DNA of 64,000 nucleotides, taken from Nitrospirota bacterium. Lineage in GTDB: Bacteria > Nitrospirota > Thermodesulfovibrionia > Thermodesulfovibrionales > Dissulfurispiraceae. Position 1 is the first letter of the stretch. Every line of letters begins with the position of its first letter. Both the position numbers and the translations under genes were made by a program. This document shows positions 10,917 to 19,595 of the stretch, piece after piece. Location: positions 896,001 through 960,000 of the forward strand of contig CAWBMP010000004.1 of the NCBI GenBank assembly GCA_963790025.1. Reading direction: 5' to 3'. Below the pieces are notes generated by a model. It had not been told where the DNA came from, did no database searches, and saw only the letters and a program-made list of their open reading frames with translations.

Positions 10917-11993
10917 TTACCCTGAAATCCCGACTGTAGCAGAATTGTAGCAGATTTCTTTTTTTACCATTCCGCCGTTCAGGGTATTGTCCAAAATATC
11001 TACTGCTTTTACTTTGTGACTCGGTGCAAGATGAGCATATCTCAATGTCATCTTGATATCCTTATGCCCTAACAATTCTTTGACCGTGGTAATATCCACC
11101 CCTGCCATAACAAGATGTGATGCGAAGGTATGCCGCAGGTCATGAAACCGGAAATCTTTAATGCCTCCTTTTCTACATGCTGTAGAAAAGCTGTTCTTAA
11201 CGTCCTTATACGGTCTTCCGGTTGCATTGTCAAAAAAGACATAAGGAATATCGAGTCTCCTCGGTACGCTCTGAAAAACAGCCTTTAGAGTAACGTTAAT
11301 TGGTATCTCCCTGCGCTCTCCGTTCTTTGTCCTATCCAGAAGGATAAAACCGTGTTTCAAATCGATGTGAGCATCCCATCTCAGAGAGAGTATTTCACCT
11401 TTACGGCACCCCGTATTCATAGCTGTTGTTACGATGGGCTTCAGATGCGTATCACATGCATCAAGAAGTCTTATGCATTCTTCTTGTGAGAGATACCGAA
11501 GGCGCTTGTTATTCTCAGGCAGAAGTTTTACCCTGCGTATGCTTTTCAGGGCCGCTTCATCAATCATGTTCCAGTCAAGGGCCTTGGTGAACATATGAGA
11601 AAGTGTAGCAAGCAAACGGTTGGCAGTAGAAGGTTTATTCCCCTTCTTCAGTCTTTCCGTTTGAAACTCTTCAACCGTGCTTGTGTTGAAGTATGCCAGA
11701 TCACAATTCATATACCGCCTTGCCAATTGTTTCACCATATACCCTTTAGAAGTTCTCCATGATCGTTGTCTGCCTTCAGCCCATGCAGAATACTTCTCTA
11801 CAAGCTCGTCAAAAATATGGTGCTGTTTAATCTGCGACTTGTCAGAGCAAGCACCTTCCTGCATGTCAACAAGCGTTTTAGCATAGACTTTTTCAGCAAG
11901 CTTTTTGTTATCCGTTTTTGTGGATAACTGAATTCTCTTGCAGTCCTGCGTTATTGTAAACCAGAAGATTTTACCTCGTCGGTAAAGTCCCAT
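10917..11993 (-). CDS. Tyrosine recombinase / site-specific integrase
   Basis: TGCRKGEIL, FHDLRHTFAS, LLGH..I.MTLRYAH catalytic motifs. Confidence 0.96.
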   Translation of the reverse strand: MGLYRRGKIFWFTITQDCKRIQLSTKTDNKKLAEKVYAKTLVDMQEGACSDKSQIKQHHIFDELVEKYSAWAEGRQRSWRTSKGYMVKQLARRYMNCDLAYFNTSTVEEFQTERLKKGNKPSTANRLLATLSHMFTKALDWNMIDEAALKSIRRVKLLPENNKRLRYLSQEECIRLLDACDTHLKPIVTTAMNTGCRKGEILSLRWDAHIDLKHGFILLDRTKNGERREIPINVTLKAVFQSVPRRLDIPYVFFDNATGRPYKDVKNSFSTACRKGGIKDFRFHDLRHTFASHLVMAGVDITTVKELLGHKDIKMTLRYAHLAPSHKVKAVDILDNTLNGGMVKKEICYNSATVGISG

Positions 11994-11996
11994 AGG

Positions 11997-12221
11997 CTAC
12001 GATCCTCCTTTCTTGGGACTTCCGGTCTGGACAAGAGGATTATAACCTGACTGCGCCTGTATCTTGCAATCCTGTATCCATTGTTTGATGTCGTCGAGGT
12101 CGAACCGCAGGGAGCCGTTAAGCTTCATATGCGGTATCTGATTCAGTTCTGCCCATTGATATATGGTCTTTGTCTTTACGCCTATCATGTCCGAAAGTTT
12201 CTTTACGTCTACTATCTGCAT
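11997..12221 (-). CDS. Excisionase-like HTH protein
   Basis: TIYQW....IP..K..GSLRF pattern of the HTH_17 type; directly upstream of the integrase. Confidence 0.85.
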   Translation of the reverse strand: MQIVDVKKLSDMIGVKTKTIYQWAELNQIPHMKLNGSLRFDLDDIKQWIQDCKIQAQSGYNPLVQTGSPKKGGS

Positions 12222-12230
12222 GAATGCACT

Positions 12231-13037
12231 CTAAAATGGCTCTACAGCCTCATTAAGCCAGTTCTGAACACCGGCTATGTACTTATCCTTAATCTTTTCT
12301 ACGAGGGCATTATCACAGTATTTTTCCAGTTCAGCACGGAACTTCCTGTTGATGTATTTATAGAGCACTTGCAAAACCCCTGAATCGCCGTTAGTTTGAA
12401 AATCAAAAAACTGAAGTCTGTCATAGTGAGAAGCAAAGCTTTCCGGATTTGTTAAAATTTCCTGCAAGTTCTTTTTTACGCTTCTAATTTGAATCTCAAA
12501 CCTTGTGTGACTCTTTCCCGTGCCAAGAAGCTCTTTCTCATAATCTGTTATCTGGAATCCCTTTTTAAGACGAGATTTAATTTCCTGCGTCTTATCATAT
12601 ATCCTGATTTTCGGATCAGAACCCGCATATATAGTCCCCCTATAGAAACTGAGGCTAGTTGAACGGATATTCTTGACTCTCAACATAGAAAGGAGGGCAT
12701 CAATCGGAAAGTCCTCAATATCTACAGCTATATCCAGCCTTGATGTATTCAACTCCTGAATATTCAGACTCGAACTATTGAAAATGCAGAAAATATAAGA
12801 AAGCATGAAATCAGAGCAACTGAAATATTTAGGGTTAATATCTATCTTAGTAAAGGGGATATTTGCGTTCCGAGACTCTCCAAATTTATGAGGATAATAA
12901 AAGACTACCGCTCTATCCAGCCTACAGATAAATTTATAAATATGACTACGGGACGTGTCTTCAGTAATTGTTCCATGATTCTCTAGATATTCCCTGTCAG
13001 GGGGCCTATAAGTAGTGAGGCTTAATTTATCAATCAT
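12231..13037 (-). CDS. Rolling-circle replication initiator (Rep_trans/CRI-like)
   Basis: SRLDIAVD, TIYAG, RIYDK and RFEIQ motifs in the order typical of this superfamily. Confidence 0.75.
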   Translation of the reverse strand: MIDKLSLTTYRPPDREYLENHGTITEDTSRSHIYKFICRLDRAVVFYYPHKFGESRNANIPFTKIDINPKYFSCSDFMLSYIFCIFNSSSLNIQELNTSRLDIAVDIEDFPIDALLSMLRVKNIRSTSLSFYRGTIYAGSDPKIRIYDKTQEIKSRLKKGFQITDYEKELLGTGKSHTRFEIQIRSVKKNLQEILTNPESFASHYDRLQFFDFQTNGDSGVLQVLYKYINRKFRAELEKYCDNALVEKIKDKYIAGVQNWLNEAVEPF

Positions 13038-13176
13038 GAGTTAGTAACGTATTTGCTGGTGATTACACATATCCAGCAAATCCTCTGCGTGAGCTTCGGA
13101 GGCTACGCATGCTCTTGCTCCCCCGCTGTCCGCTGAGCAGCTCCGCTTTCCGCCATATATAGCAACTTTATCTATC

Positions 13177-13473
13177 CTATTTCTTACTTTCATTTCCAGT
13201 ATCCTTTCTCAGATCAAATTCCATACGATTAATCAAGTAATCCTCTACCTTTTGCTTTCTGATGAACCGTTTAATTTCAGATTTTGACATCGACTCCTTC
13301 TCTTCTTCTATGTCAGCCCGTCCTTTTGCTATACGGTCTTCTTGATCTGTAAAAGGGCCTAGACAGAGTGCTATTTGAGACCCAAAGAGCATACAGGGGC
13401 CTTCCTGTTTCCAGAAACAAGAATTGCACTTGCCTTGTGATGCCGATTGATCTATGCTTTCGTTTTCCAACAT
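13177..13473 (-). CDS. Hypothetical Cys-rich small protein
   Basis: 98-aa ORF co-oriented within the element; CNSC...C...C. Confidence 0.6.
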   Translation of the reverse strand: MLENESIDQSASQGKCNSCFWKQEGPCMLFGSQIALCLGPFTDQEDRIAKGRADIEEEKESMSKSEIKRFIRKQKVEDYLINRMEFDLRKDTGNESKK

Positions 13474-13482
13474 AAGGTCATT

Positions 13483-13734
13483 TTAGGCGGAAAGATTGTT
13501 ATCCTTTTCTTGTTCTGGAATTTCAGCGCCGCACTTCAAGCAAAGATCATAATTCCCTGTATCATCTCCAAAGCCGGCCATAATTGGAGTATTACATCGA
13601 GGGCAACAGGGAAGGCCCAACTCCTTCAACTGTTCCGCAAATGCAGTATCATTCAGGCGTTCTGCATTCCTTTCCATGACTTTAAAAAAATCCTTTTCCT
13701 TATTCCGTCTTGCTATTCTTTCTGCTCGTGACAT
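13483..13734 (-). CDS. Small zinc-ribbon protein
   Basis: GGAGG RBS before MSRAER; CPRC...CLKC. Confidence 0.65.
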   Translation of the reverse strand: MSRAERIARRNKEKDFFKVMERNAERLNDTAFAEQLKELGLPCCPRCNTPIMAGFGDDTGNYDLCLKCGAEIPEQEKDNNLSA

Positions 13735-13771
13735 ACAACACCTCCATAAAGTTATTTTTTGGCGAAGCGCC

Positions 13772-13818
13772 AAATAAAAAGCCGAGAATCTACGGAATAA
13801 TTCCGCAGAAACCCGGCT
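13772..13818 (-). terminator. Intrinsic terminator/attenuator within the element's operon
   Basis: Minus strand AGCCGGG..TCTGCGGAA-TTA-TTCCGTAGA..CTCGGCT followed by TTTTATTT. Confidence 0.7.
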
Positions 13819-13855
13819 CTCTTGCCCCTAAAGGCCTATTAGCCCTATCTTAAGT

Positions 13856-14053
13856 TTATAATTCTATGTATTGCTTACAATAACGACATCGAATCAAATA
13901 AATATTCATTCCCCTGTCTATTTTCAAACCTCTAACAAGATAGAACACACAGTTGTCGTCCTCTCTGTCTATTTTTCTTATAATTTTTCCGCAATGAGGA
14001 CACGTACCGTTTGCATAAATCCTGAGATAAGTTTGAGTTGTCGTTTGTTCCAT
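13856..14053 (-). CDS. Small zinc-ribbon protein (possibly Com-like regulator)
   Basis: CPHCGKII...IRCRYCK in 65 aa; GAGG upstream. Confidence 0.65.
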   Translation of the reverse strand: MEQTTTQTYLRIYANGTCPHCGKIIRKIDREDDNCVFYLVRGLKIDRGMNIYLIRCRYCKQYIEL

Positions 14054-14087
14054 CGTTTATCAGACCCGCCTCTATAACTCATAACAA

Positions 14088-14399
14088 CTATGTTATCCGT
14101 CTATATTGCCTCTTCCCTTTCAATGTTAATTTATCCTTAATCTTATTTATTTTTTCATCTATTTTCATAGTTTTAGGTTTTAAATGCTTTCTTATTCTCG
14201 CCCTTAGTGCCGCGTCTTCAGGGGTTCTATTAAAAAGGTCGTCAAACTCCTTGTCGGTGAGCTCTCTTCCCTTTTTAAACTCCTCAAGGAATGCCTTGTA
14301 GTAAAAAGTAGCTACATCTGACAAAGAAAGTTCTTTAGGCATCTCCTGCAACTTATCATAAACATCTTCATCAATCGTCAGCGTGATTTTCTTTCTCAT
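14088..14399 (-). CDS. Ribbon-helix-helix (CopG-like) regulator
   Basis: MRKKITLTIDEDVYDKL...LSDV beta-alpha-alpha pattern; GGAGG RBS. Confidence 0.7.
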   Translation of the reverse strand: MRKKITLTIDEDVYDKLQEMPKELSLSDVATFYYKAFLEEFKKGRELTDKEFDDLFNRTPEDAALRARIRKHLKPKTMKIDEKINKIKDKLTLKGKRQYRRIT

Positions 14400-14420
14400 G
14401 CCATAGCCTCCATTTCTCAG

Positions 14421-14466
14421 CGTATACGTATACGTATACTTTATCAAAGGTTAAATAGCTTGTCAA
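14421..14466 (-). promoter_or_regulatory. Sigma70-type promoter with overlapping palindromic operator
   Basis: Minus strand TTGACA-17 nt-TAAAGT running into GTATAC x3. Confidence 0.7.
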
Positions 14467-14539
14467 GAGTTTTTTTTGCATAATGGGTAGCAAAAATTCC
14501 GGAAACTCAGCTATGAGGCTGTCTGTCTAAAGGTGAAGC

Positions 14540-15373
14540 CTACGGGGAGTTGTTTTCTTTCGTCACATGTCTCACATAATCTTTGGACAAATATTTTTGC
14601 CAATTCGGAACTGCTAAAACGGGAGCCTTCTGTTCTGCATTACGATCCCATTCATGATCGGGGCTATACGGATAAAGACTGATATTATAGCTCTGAGCAC
14701 CATCAGATGCCTTAGTCTCTTTTATTGCGATAATATAAAGCTGGCTAAATTTATACCAATACACTTTCTTAGTACGAGATCCGGTATAAGAAATCACGGC
14801 TGCAACATAGAGCATCTTAGGTCTCGGATTTAGAGAGGATATCAAAGGGTGACAAGGTACACTCGCATCTTCCTGACCTGGGAATACGGTCTTTATATCT
14901 GGAAAATCGCCGTAAGCTTCCTTAAACCACTTGACGAAATCGATTTTACCTCTAATGTCGCTAGCAACCATATAATCAGTCTGCAAAATCGTAGCAGGCT
15001 CTTTGCCGACGTTAATAAATTGAAGATCACCACCACCAAACCACCCGCCTTCCGACTGATTAGGGGTAACAGATAGTTTATTAAGTTTAAGATACACGTA
15101 TGGCCGCTGTTCCAAATCAAATTTCGTGGATTCAATTGTATTCTGTGTACTCTGTATATCTACACTTCTTTTTAGTTGCATAGTCTGATAACCTAAGAAA
15201 AACAATGTCGGAATACCCACGATTGCAAGAAGAATCGAGCCAATAGCAGAATATTTCTCCGCATTTTGTTTTGTGATTCTCGTATATAAGAAAATAAGTG
15301 GGAGTACAACAAAACAGATAATGAGACCAGAAATTGATATTAACAACTTATAATTCGACCAGAACCCGCCCAT
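14540..15373 (-). CDS. Hypothetical membrane-anchored protein (two N-terminal TM helices, beta-rich soluble domain)
   Basis: Two hydrophobic segments followed by EQRPYV...FINVGKEPA; start uncertain (ORF open to 15553). Confidence 0.7.
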   Translation of the reverse strand: MGGFWSNYKLLISISGLIICFVVLPLIFLYTRITKQNAEKYSAIGSILLAIVGIPTLFFLGYQTMQLKRSVDIQSTQNTIESTKFDLEQRPYVYLKLNKLSVTPNQSEGGWFGGGDLQFINVGKEPATILQTDYMVASDIRGKIDFVKWFKEAYGDFPDIKTVFPGQEDASVPCHPLISSLNPRPKMLYVAAVISYTGSRTKKVYWYKFSQLYIIAIKETKASDGAQSYNISLYPYSPDHEWDRNAEQKAPVLAVPNWQKYLSKDYVRHVTKENNSP

Positions 15374-15607
15374 ATTACTCGAAGACAAAAAGCCCCCCTT
15401 TTTGGCTCGAATTGTTCTACTTCTAATGTCCACAATCTTACCACAACAATACTCGCTTTTTACAGAAGAGGACTGATTAATCCAATTCCGCGTCTTCACT
15501 CCAACATCCCTAACAGTCGCGTATTTCCAATATATCTCTTGATATCTTTTCAACAGGTCAATCTTGGTATAAACTCGACATTGAAACTGTCTGCCTAATG
15601 GGGAAGC

Positions 15608-18511
15608 TTACGATATTTTCTTTGCAAGATCATTTTCTGAGAAACCATGCATTTCTAATCCTTTTTTATGCATCCAGATGACTTGGTTGTCTCCCTTCGC
15701 TATTTCGACGATATCATTGTAATCTATATAATCATTACATTTGGGACAATATATGCCCAGATCGCTAAGTCTTATCCTTAAGCCTATATCGCCTGTCAAA
15801 CACTTCCACGAATTTTCAAAGATTCCATTAAAATAGGCCGCAAATATTTCACGTTTACTTTTAAGTTCTTCTTCAAATTCAGATATTACTGCCAATTTTC
15901 TCAGACCTTTCTCTTGAACGTCATTAAGAAAATTACGTAGTCCATGAAAACCTAGATGTGAATGTTTTTTTGAAATAATTTGTCCATCTTCAGTTTGGGG
16001 GGATCTCGAAAATTCTACCTCGGGGTCTACCGTGCCGAGATGAGGGACTAAAAGCTGACACTTTAAATATTGTACAGAAATGCTTTTATCATAGCTTGTA
16101 TCGTTCGGCATCCCTATACACAACGGCCTTCCCTTGTACTGAAAAGGGTTATCTGCTTCATGCATTTCAAAAAGCAAGCCCGTCGAAAAGCCTTCGCTGA
16201 AGAGTTCCTTATGTTCCGCTTTCATTACTTTTAATATAAAATCAAAACCTTTTCGTTTTATAGAATCGCCATGATTTAAAATAATGACATCACTTAACGA
16301 TTTATGAAATGTGGTCCAACTCATAAATTTTGCCGCTGCTCCGCGGTTCATGAATAATACCAACCTCTGCGGCGCATAATCTATCTGGTAGCCTGTTTTC
16401 TTTTCAAGTTCTTCTCTTTTGGGATTGCCTTTCTCCGACTTATCCAAAAGATCGTTAAGTTCATAAATTAAAGTTAATACTGCTTCAAGGTCGTGCGTAT
16501 GGTCGAAATGTGCGTGTGTTAATATTATGGCATCAAGATCCCTCAGAGTGAACCCTTGCTCTATAAAATTATCAATAAATCCAATCCCAGGATCAATGAC
16601 GATTCCCTTACCGTTCCATGCTAAAAAATACCCTCCGCCTCTACTGCCTTCTTTGTAATACATCGATGGAGTATAAGAATTAAATTTCCTTAATATACAC
16701 AGAAACTTATCATCTTCCTTTAACGTCCGAGGGGCTAGTAGAAATTTCCAGAAATCTGATTGTTCCTTCTCTCTAATTCCAAATAGATCATTAAGTACTT
16801 CGGTTACCGTATCGACTGGTGATGATACCCTTATAGGTGTTTTCTCTATATCTGCAATTTTTTTGGTAATCCTTGATTCCCAGATATCAAAGTCTTTAAG
16901 TCTGTCGTCACCGCTCTCAAAATGCTTTTTAGCTTTATGAAACATGCCAAGTGATTCTCTAAATAGAGAAGCATCATTCTTCAATTCAGCCAAATTAAAC
17001 AAGGCATAACCACAGTTATAGTATGCTTGGTGATAATCCTCTTTATACTTCACAGCCAGGGCATATTTCTCAAAAGACTCCCTGAAAAGAGCCTCGTCAT
17101 TTCTTATCCTCGCAAGGGCTGATAATGCATTGCCCCAATTATTGTATGCTTTGTGATAATCCTCTTTATACTTCACAGCCAGGGCATATTTCTCAAAAGA
17201 CTCCCTGAAAAGAGCCTCGTCATTTCTTATCCTCGCAAGGGATGATAATCCAGTGCCCCAGTTATAGTATGCTTCGTGATCATCCTCTTTATACTTCACA
17301 GCCAGGGCATATTTCTCAAAAGACTCCCTGAAAAGAGCCTCGTCATTTCTTATCCTCGCAAGGGCTGATAATGCATTGCCCCAATTATTGTATGCTTGGT
17401 GATAATCCTCTTTATACTTCACAGCCAGGGCATATTTCTCAAAAGACTCCCTGAAAAGAGCCTCGTCATTTCTTATCCTCGCAAGGGCAAGTAATGCATT
17501 GCCCCAGTTATAGTATGCTTCGTGATAATCCTCTTTATACTTCACAGCCAGGGCATATTTCTCAAAAGACTCCCTGAAAAGAGCCTCGTCATTTCTTATC
17601 CTCGCAAGGGCTAGTAATGCATTGCCCCAATTATTGTATGCTTGGTGATAATCCTCTTTATACTTCACAGCCAGGGCATATTTCTCAAAAGACTCCCTGA
17701 AAAGAGCCTCGTCATTTCTTATCCTCGCAAGGTCTGATAATGCATTGCCCCAGTTATAGTATGCTTCGTGATAATCCTCTTTATACTTCACAGCCAGGGC
17801 ATATTTCTCAAAAGACTCCCTGAAAAGAGCCTCGTCATTTCTTATCCTCGCAAGGGCTAGTAATGCATTGCCCCAATTATTGTATGCTTGGTGATAATCC
17901 TCTTTATACTTCACAGCCAGGGCATATTTCTCAAAAGACTCCCTGAAAAGAGCCTCGTCATTTCTTATCCCCGCAAGGTCTGATAATGCATTGCCCCAAT
18001 TATTGTATGCTTGGTAATAATCCTCTTTATACTTCACAGCCAGGGCATATTTCTCAAAAGACTCCCTGAAAAGAGCCTCGTCATTTCTTATCCCCGCAAG
18101 GTCTGATAATGCATTGCCCCAATTATAGTATGCTTGGTGATAATCCTCTTTATACTTCACAGCCAGGGCATATTTCTCAAAAGACTCCCTGAAAAGAGCC
18201 TCGTCATTTCTTATCCCCGCAAGGTCTGATAATGCATTGCCCCAGTTATAGTATGCTTCGTGATAATCCTCTTTATACTTCACAGCCAGGGCATATTTCT
18301 CAAAAGACTCCCTGAAAAGAGCCTCGTCATTTCTTATCCCCGCAAGGTCTGATAATGCATTGCCCCAGTTATAGTATAAAACCGATTTGCTTTGGGCTGA
18401 TTTGGCCTCATCGGTCAAACTTTGAAAAAACTTGTTAGCATCTTCTAATTGACCCTTTTTCGCAAGGTCACGCGCTTTCTTAATCTGCGCTCGAAACTCT
18501 TTGTCTTGCAT
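15608..18511 (-). CDS. TPR-like tandem-repeat protein fused to an MBL-fold metallo-hydrolase
   Basis: 11 near-identical 41-aa repeats plus one degenerate; GGGYFL, IVIDPG, THAHFDH (HxHxDH), later conserved H/D; GGAG RBS before MQDKEF. Confidence 0.92.
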   Translation of the reverse strand: MQDKEFRAQIKKARDLAKKGQLEDANKFFQSLTDEAKSAQSKSVLYYNWGNALSDLAGIRNDEALFRESFEKYALAVKYKEDYHEAYYNWGNALSDLAGIRNDEALFRESFEKYALAVKYKEDYHQAYYNWGNALSDLAGIRNDEALFRESFEKYALAVKYKEDYYQAYNNWGNALSDLAGIRNDEALFRESFEKYALAVKYKEDYHQAYNNWGNALLALARIRNDEALFRESFEKYALAVKYKEDYHEAYYNWGNALSDLARIRNDEALFRESFEKYALAVKYKEDYHQAYNNWGNALLALARIRNDEALFRESFEKYALAVKYKEDYHEAYYNWGNALLALARIRNDEALFRESFEKYALAVKYKEDYHQAYNNWGNALSALARIRNDEALFRESFEKYALAVKYKEDDHEAYYNWGTGLSSLARIRNDEALFRESFEKYALAVKYKEDYHKAYNNWGNALSALARIRNDEALFRESFEKYALAVKYKEDYHQAYYNCGYALFNLAELKNDASLFRESLGMFHKAKKHFESGDDRLKDFDIWESRITKKIADIEKTPIRVSSPVDTVTEVLNDLFGIREKEQSDFWKFLLAPRTLKEDDKFLCILRKFNSYTPSMYYKEGSRGGGYFLAWNGKGIVIDPGIGFIDNFIEQGFTLRDLDAIILTHAHFDHTHDLEAVLTLIYELNDLLDKSEKGNPKREELEKKTGYQIDYAPQRLVLFMNRGAAAKFMSWTTFHKSLSDVIILNHGDSIKRKGFDFILKVMKAEHKELFSEGFSTGLLFEMHEADNPFQYKGRPLCIGMPNDTSYDKSISVQYLKCQLLVPHLGTVDPEVEFSRSPQTEDGQIISKKHSHLGFHGLRNFLNDVQEKGLRKLAVISEFEEELKSKREIFAAYFNGIFENSWKCLTGDIGLRIRLSDLGIYCPKCNDYIDYNDIVEIAKGDNQVIWMHKKGLEMHGFSENDLAKKIS
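17024..18376 (-). repeat. Coding tandem repeat, 11 x 123 bp
   Basis: Unit YxNWGNALxxLAxIRNDEALFRESFEKYALAVKYKEDYHxA, directly visible in DNA and protein. Confidence 0.97.
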
Positions 18512-18756
18512 AAGCTCTCCTTCGCATATCGCCACCAAAAAGCTACATTACTATATCACAAAATACTAATGTCTATTAAAAAATCATGAACGTTTTGACG
18601 ATGGGAGACTGTAGTAAAATTGTAGCAGAACATATCGAAAAGGCGGTATCAGACAGAAAATACCGAACAATGCAGAAAGAAAATCTTTGTCATTAATTCA
18701 ATAAGATAGCTAATTGTCCAGACCAGAAGCCACTTTGTCTAAATTAACCCTGTAGC

Positions 18757-18804
18757 GAATGGCATTCAAGAGGTCGACGGTTCGATCCCGTTCAGCTCCA
18801 CTTT
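18757..18804 (+). repeat. attR: duplicated 3' part of tRNA-Ala
   Basis: GAATGGCATTCAAGAGGTCGACGGTTCGATCCCGTTCAGCTCCACTTT identical to 10840..10887. Confidence 0.97.
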
Positions 18805-18958
18805 AAACTTCTCATTCATTTGCTCGTCATTAACCCCTCCAGAAAGAATAAATAAAGAGGACAGTTCTTTTAATTGCTGTTTGTTATTAAATCGTTAAGT
18901 AATGGAAAGAGAGAGCCTAATTGCATTATAATTCAACTATGAGGAAAGGAGGTTCATT

Positions 18959-19156
18959 ATGTCTGTTAAAGATATGATCAAAAACGAGATCGATAAGCTG
19001 CCTGAGAATCTTCTTGCAGAGGTTTTTGACTTTATCCAATTTTTAGAAACTAAGAAAGAAAAAACTCTCCTCGCCAAGGCATCACAGGAACTTTCAAGTC
19101 TAGCATTTGAGAAAATATGGAATAATGACGAGGATGCAGTCTATGACAGCCTATGA
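18959..19156 (+). CDS. DUF2281-like antitoxin
   Basis: LPENLLAEVFDFIQFLE and IWNNDEDAVYD patterns; overlaps a downstream PemK-like gene. Confidence 0.8.
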   Translation: MSVKDMIKNEIDKLPENLLAEVFDFIQFLETKKEKTLLAKASQELSSLAFEKIWNNDEDAVYDSL

Positions 19157-19337
19157 AAAGGGAGATGTTGTCCTTGTCCCTTTCCCCTTCAGCAACCAGA
19201 CCGATCTTAAGAAGCGTCCGGCAGTAATCATAAGCGCGAACTCCTATAACAATGCTTCCCATGATGCGGTCATTATGGCGATCACAAGCCAGATTGGAAA
19301 AACTATCGGCATCGGAGAATGCCTCATAACGAAATGA
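19143..19337 (+). pseudogene. Truncated PemK/MazF toxin
   Basis: KGDVVLVPFPFS....KKRPAVIIS...AITS, but stops after 64 aa with no recognisable C-terminal half. Confidence 0.8.
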
Positions 19338-19525
19338 CTCTTTCCACATTACGTCCCGGCCATGCTACTATAATCAGCTGATCGGACTATGCAGTTTTTA
19401 TGCAGTTCATATCTGCAAAGATATGCAAGAAAAGCAGTCCGTTCTTCTTCTGTGATACGCTGAAATGCAAGTATTTGCAAAGACTTGCCAGTATTTGAAA
19501 GGTAAGTCATTGAAAAAGAACATAC

Positions 19526-19570
19526 ATGGCATTCAAGAGGTCGACGGTTCGATCCCGTTCAGCTCCACCA
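19526..19570 (+). repeat. Third copy of the tRNA-Ala 3' part (att of an older island), ending in CCA
   Basis: ATGGCATTCAAGAGGTCGACGGTTCGATCCCGTTCAGCTCCACCA. Confidence 0.95.
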
Positions 19571-19595
19571 TTTATTTTCAAGCACTTGCATGTCT

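Noticed and set aside
17024..18376. CRISPR-like periodicity (constant block plus variable block)
   Set aside because: Period is 123 bp and in frame, the variable blocks are near-identical rather than unique spacers, and no cas genes are present.
15608..18511. Diversity-generating retroelement acting on the repeats
   Set aside because: No reverse transcriptase or separate non-coding template repeat in the window; the variants are a few recurring alleles.
18757..18804. Additional functional tRNA-Ala genes here and at 19526
   Set aside because: Only the 3' part is present; the 5' acceptor strand and D arm are missing.
19334..19372. Selenocysteine or readthrough at the TGA of the PemK fragment
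   Set aside because: The downstream frame has no PemK similarity and stops after 11 codons.
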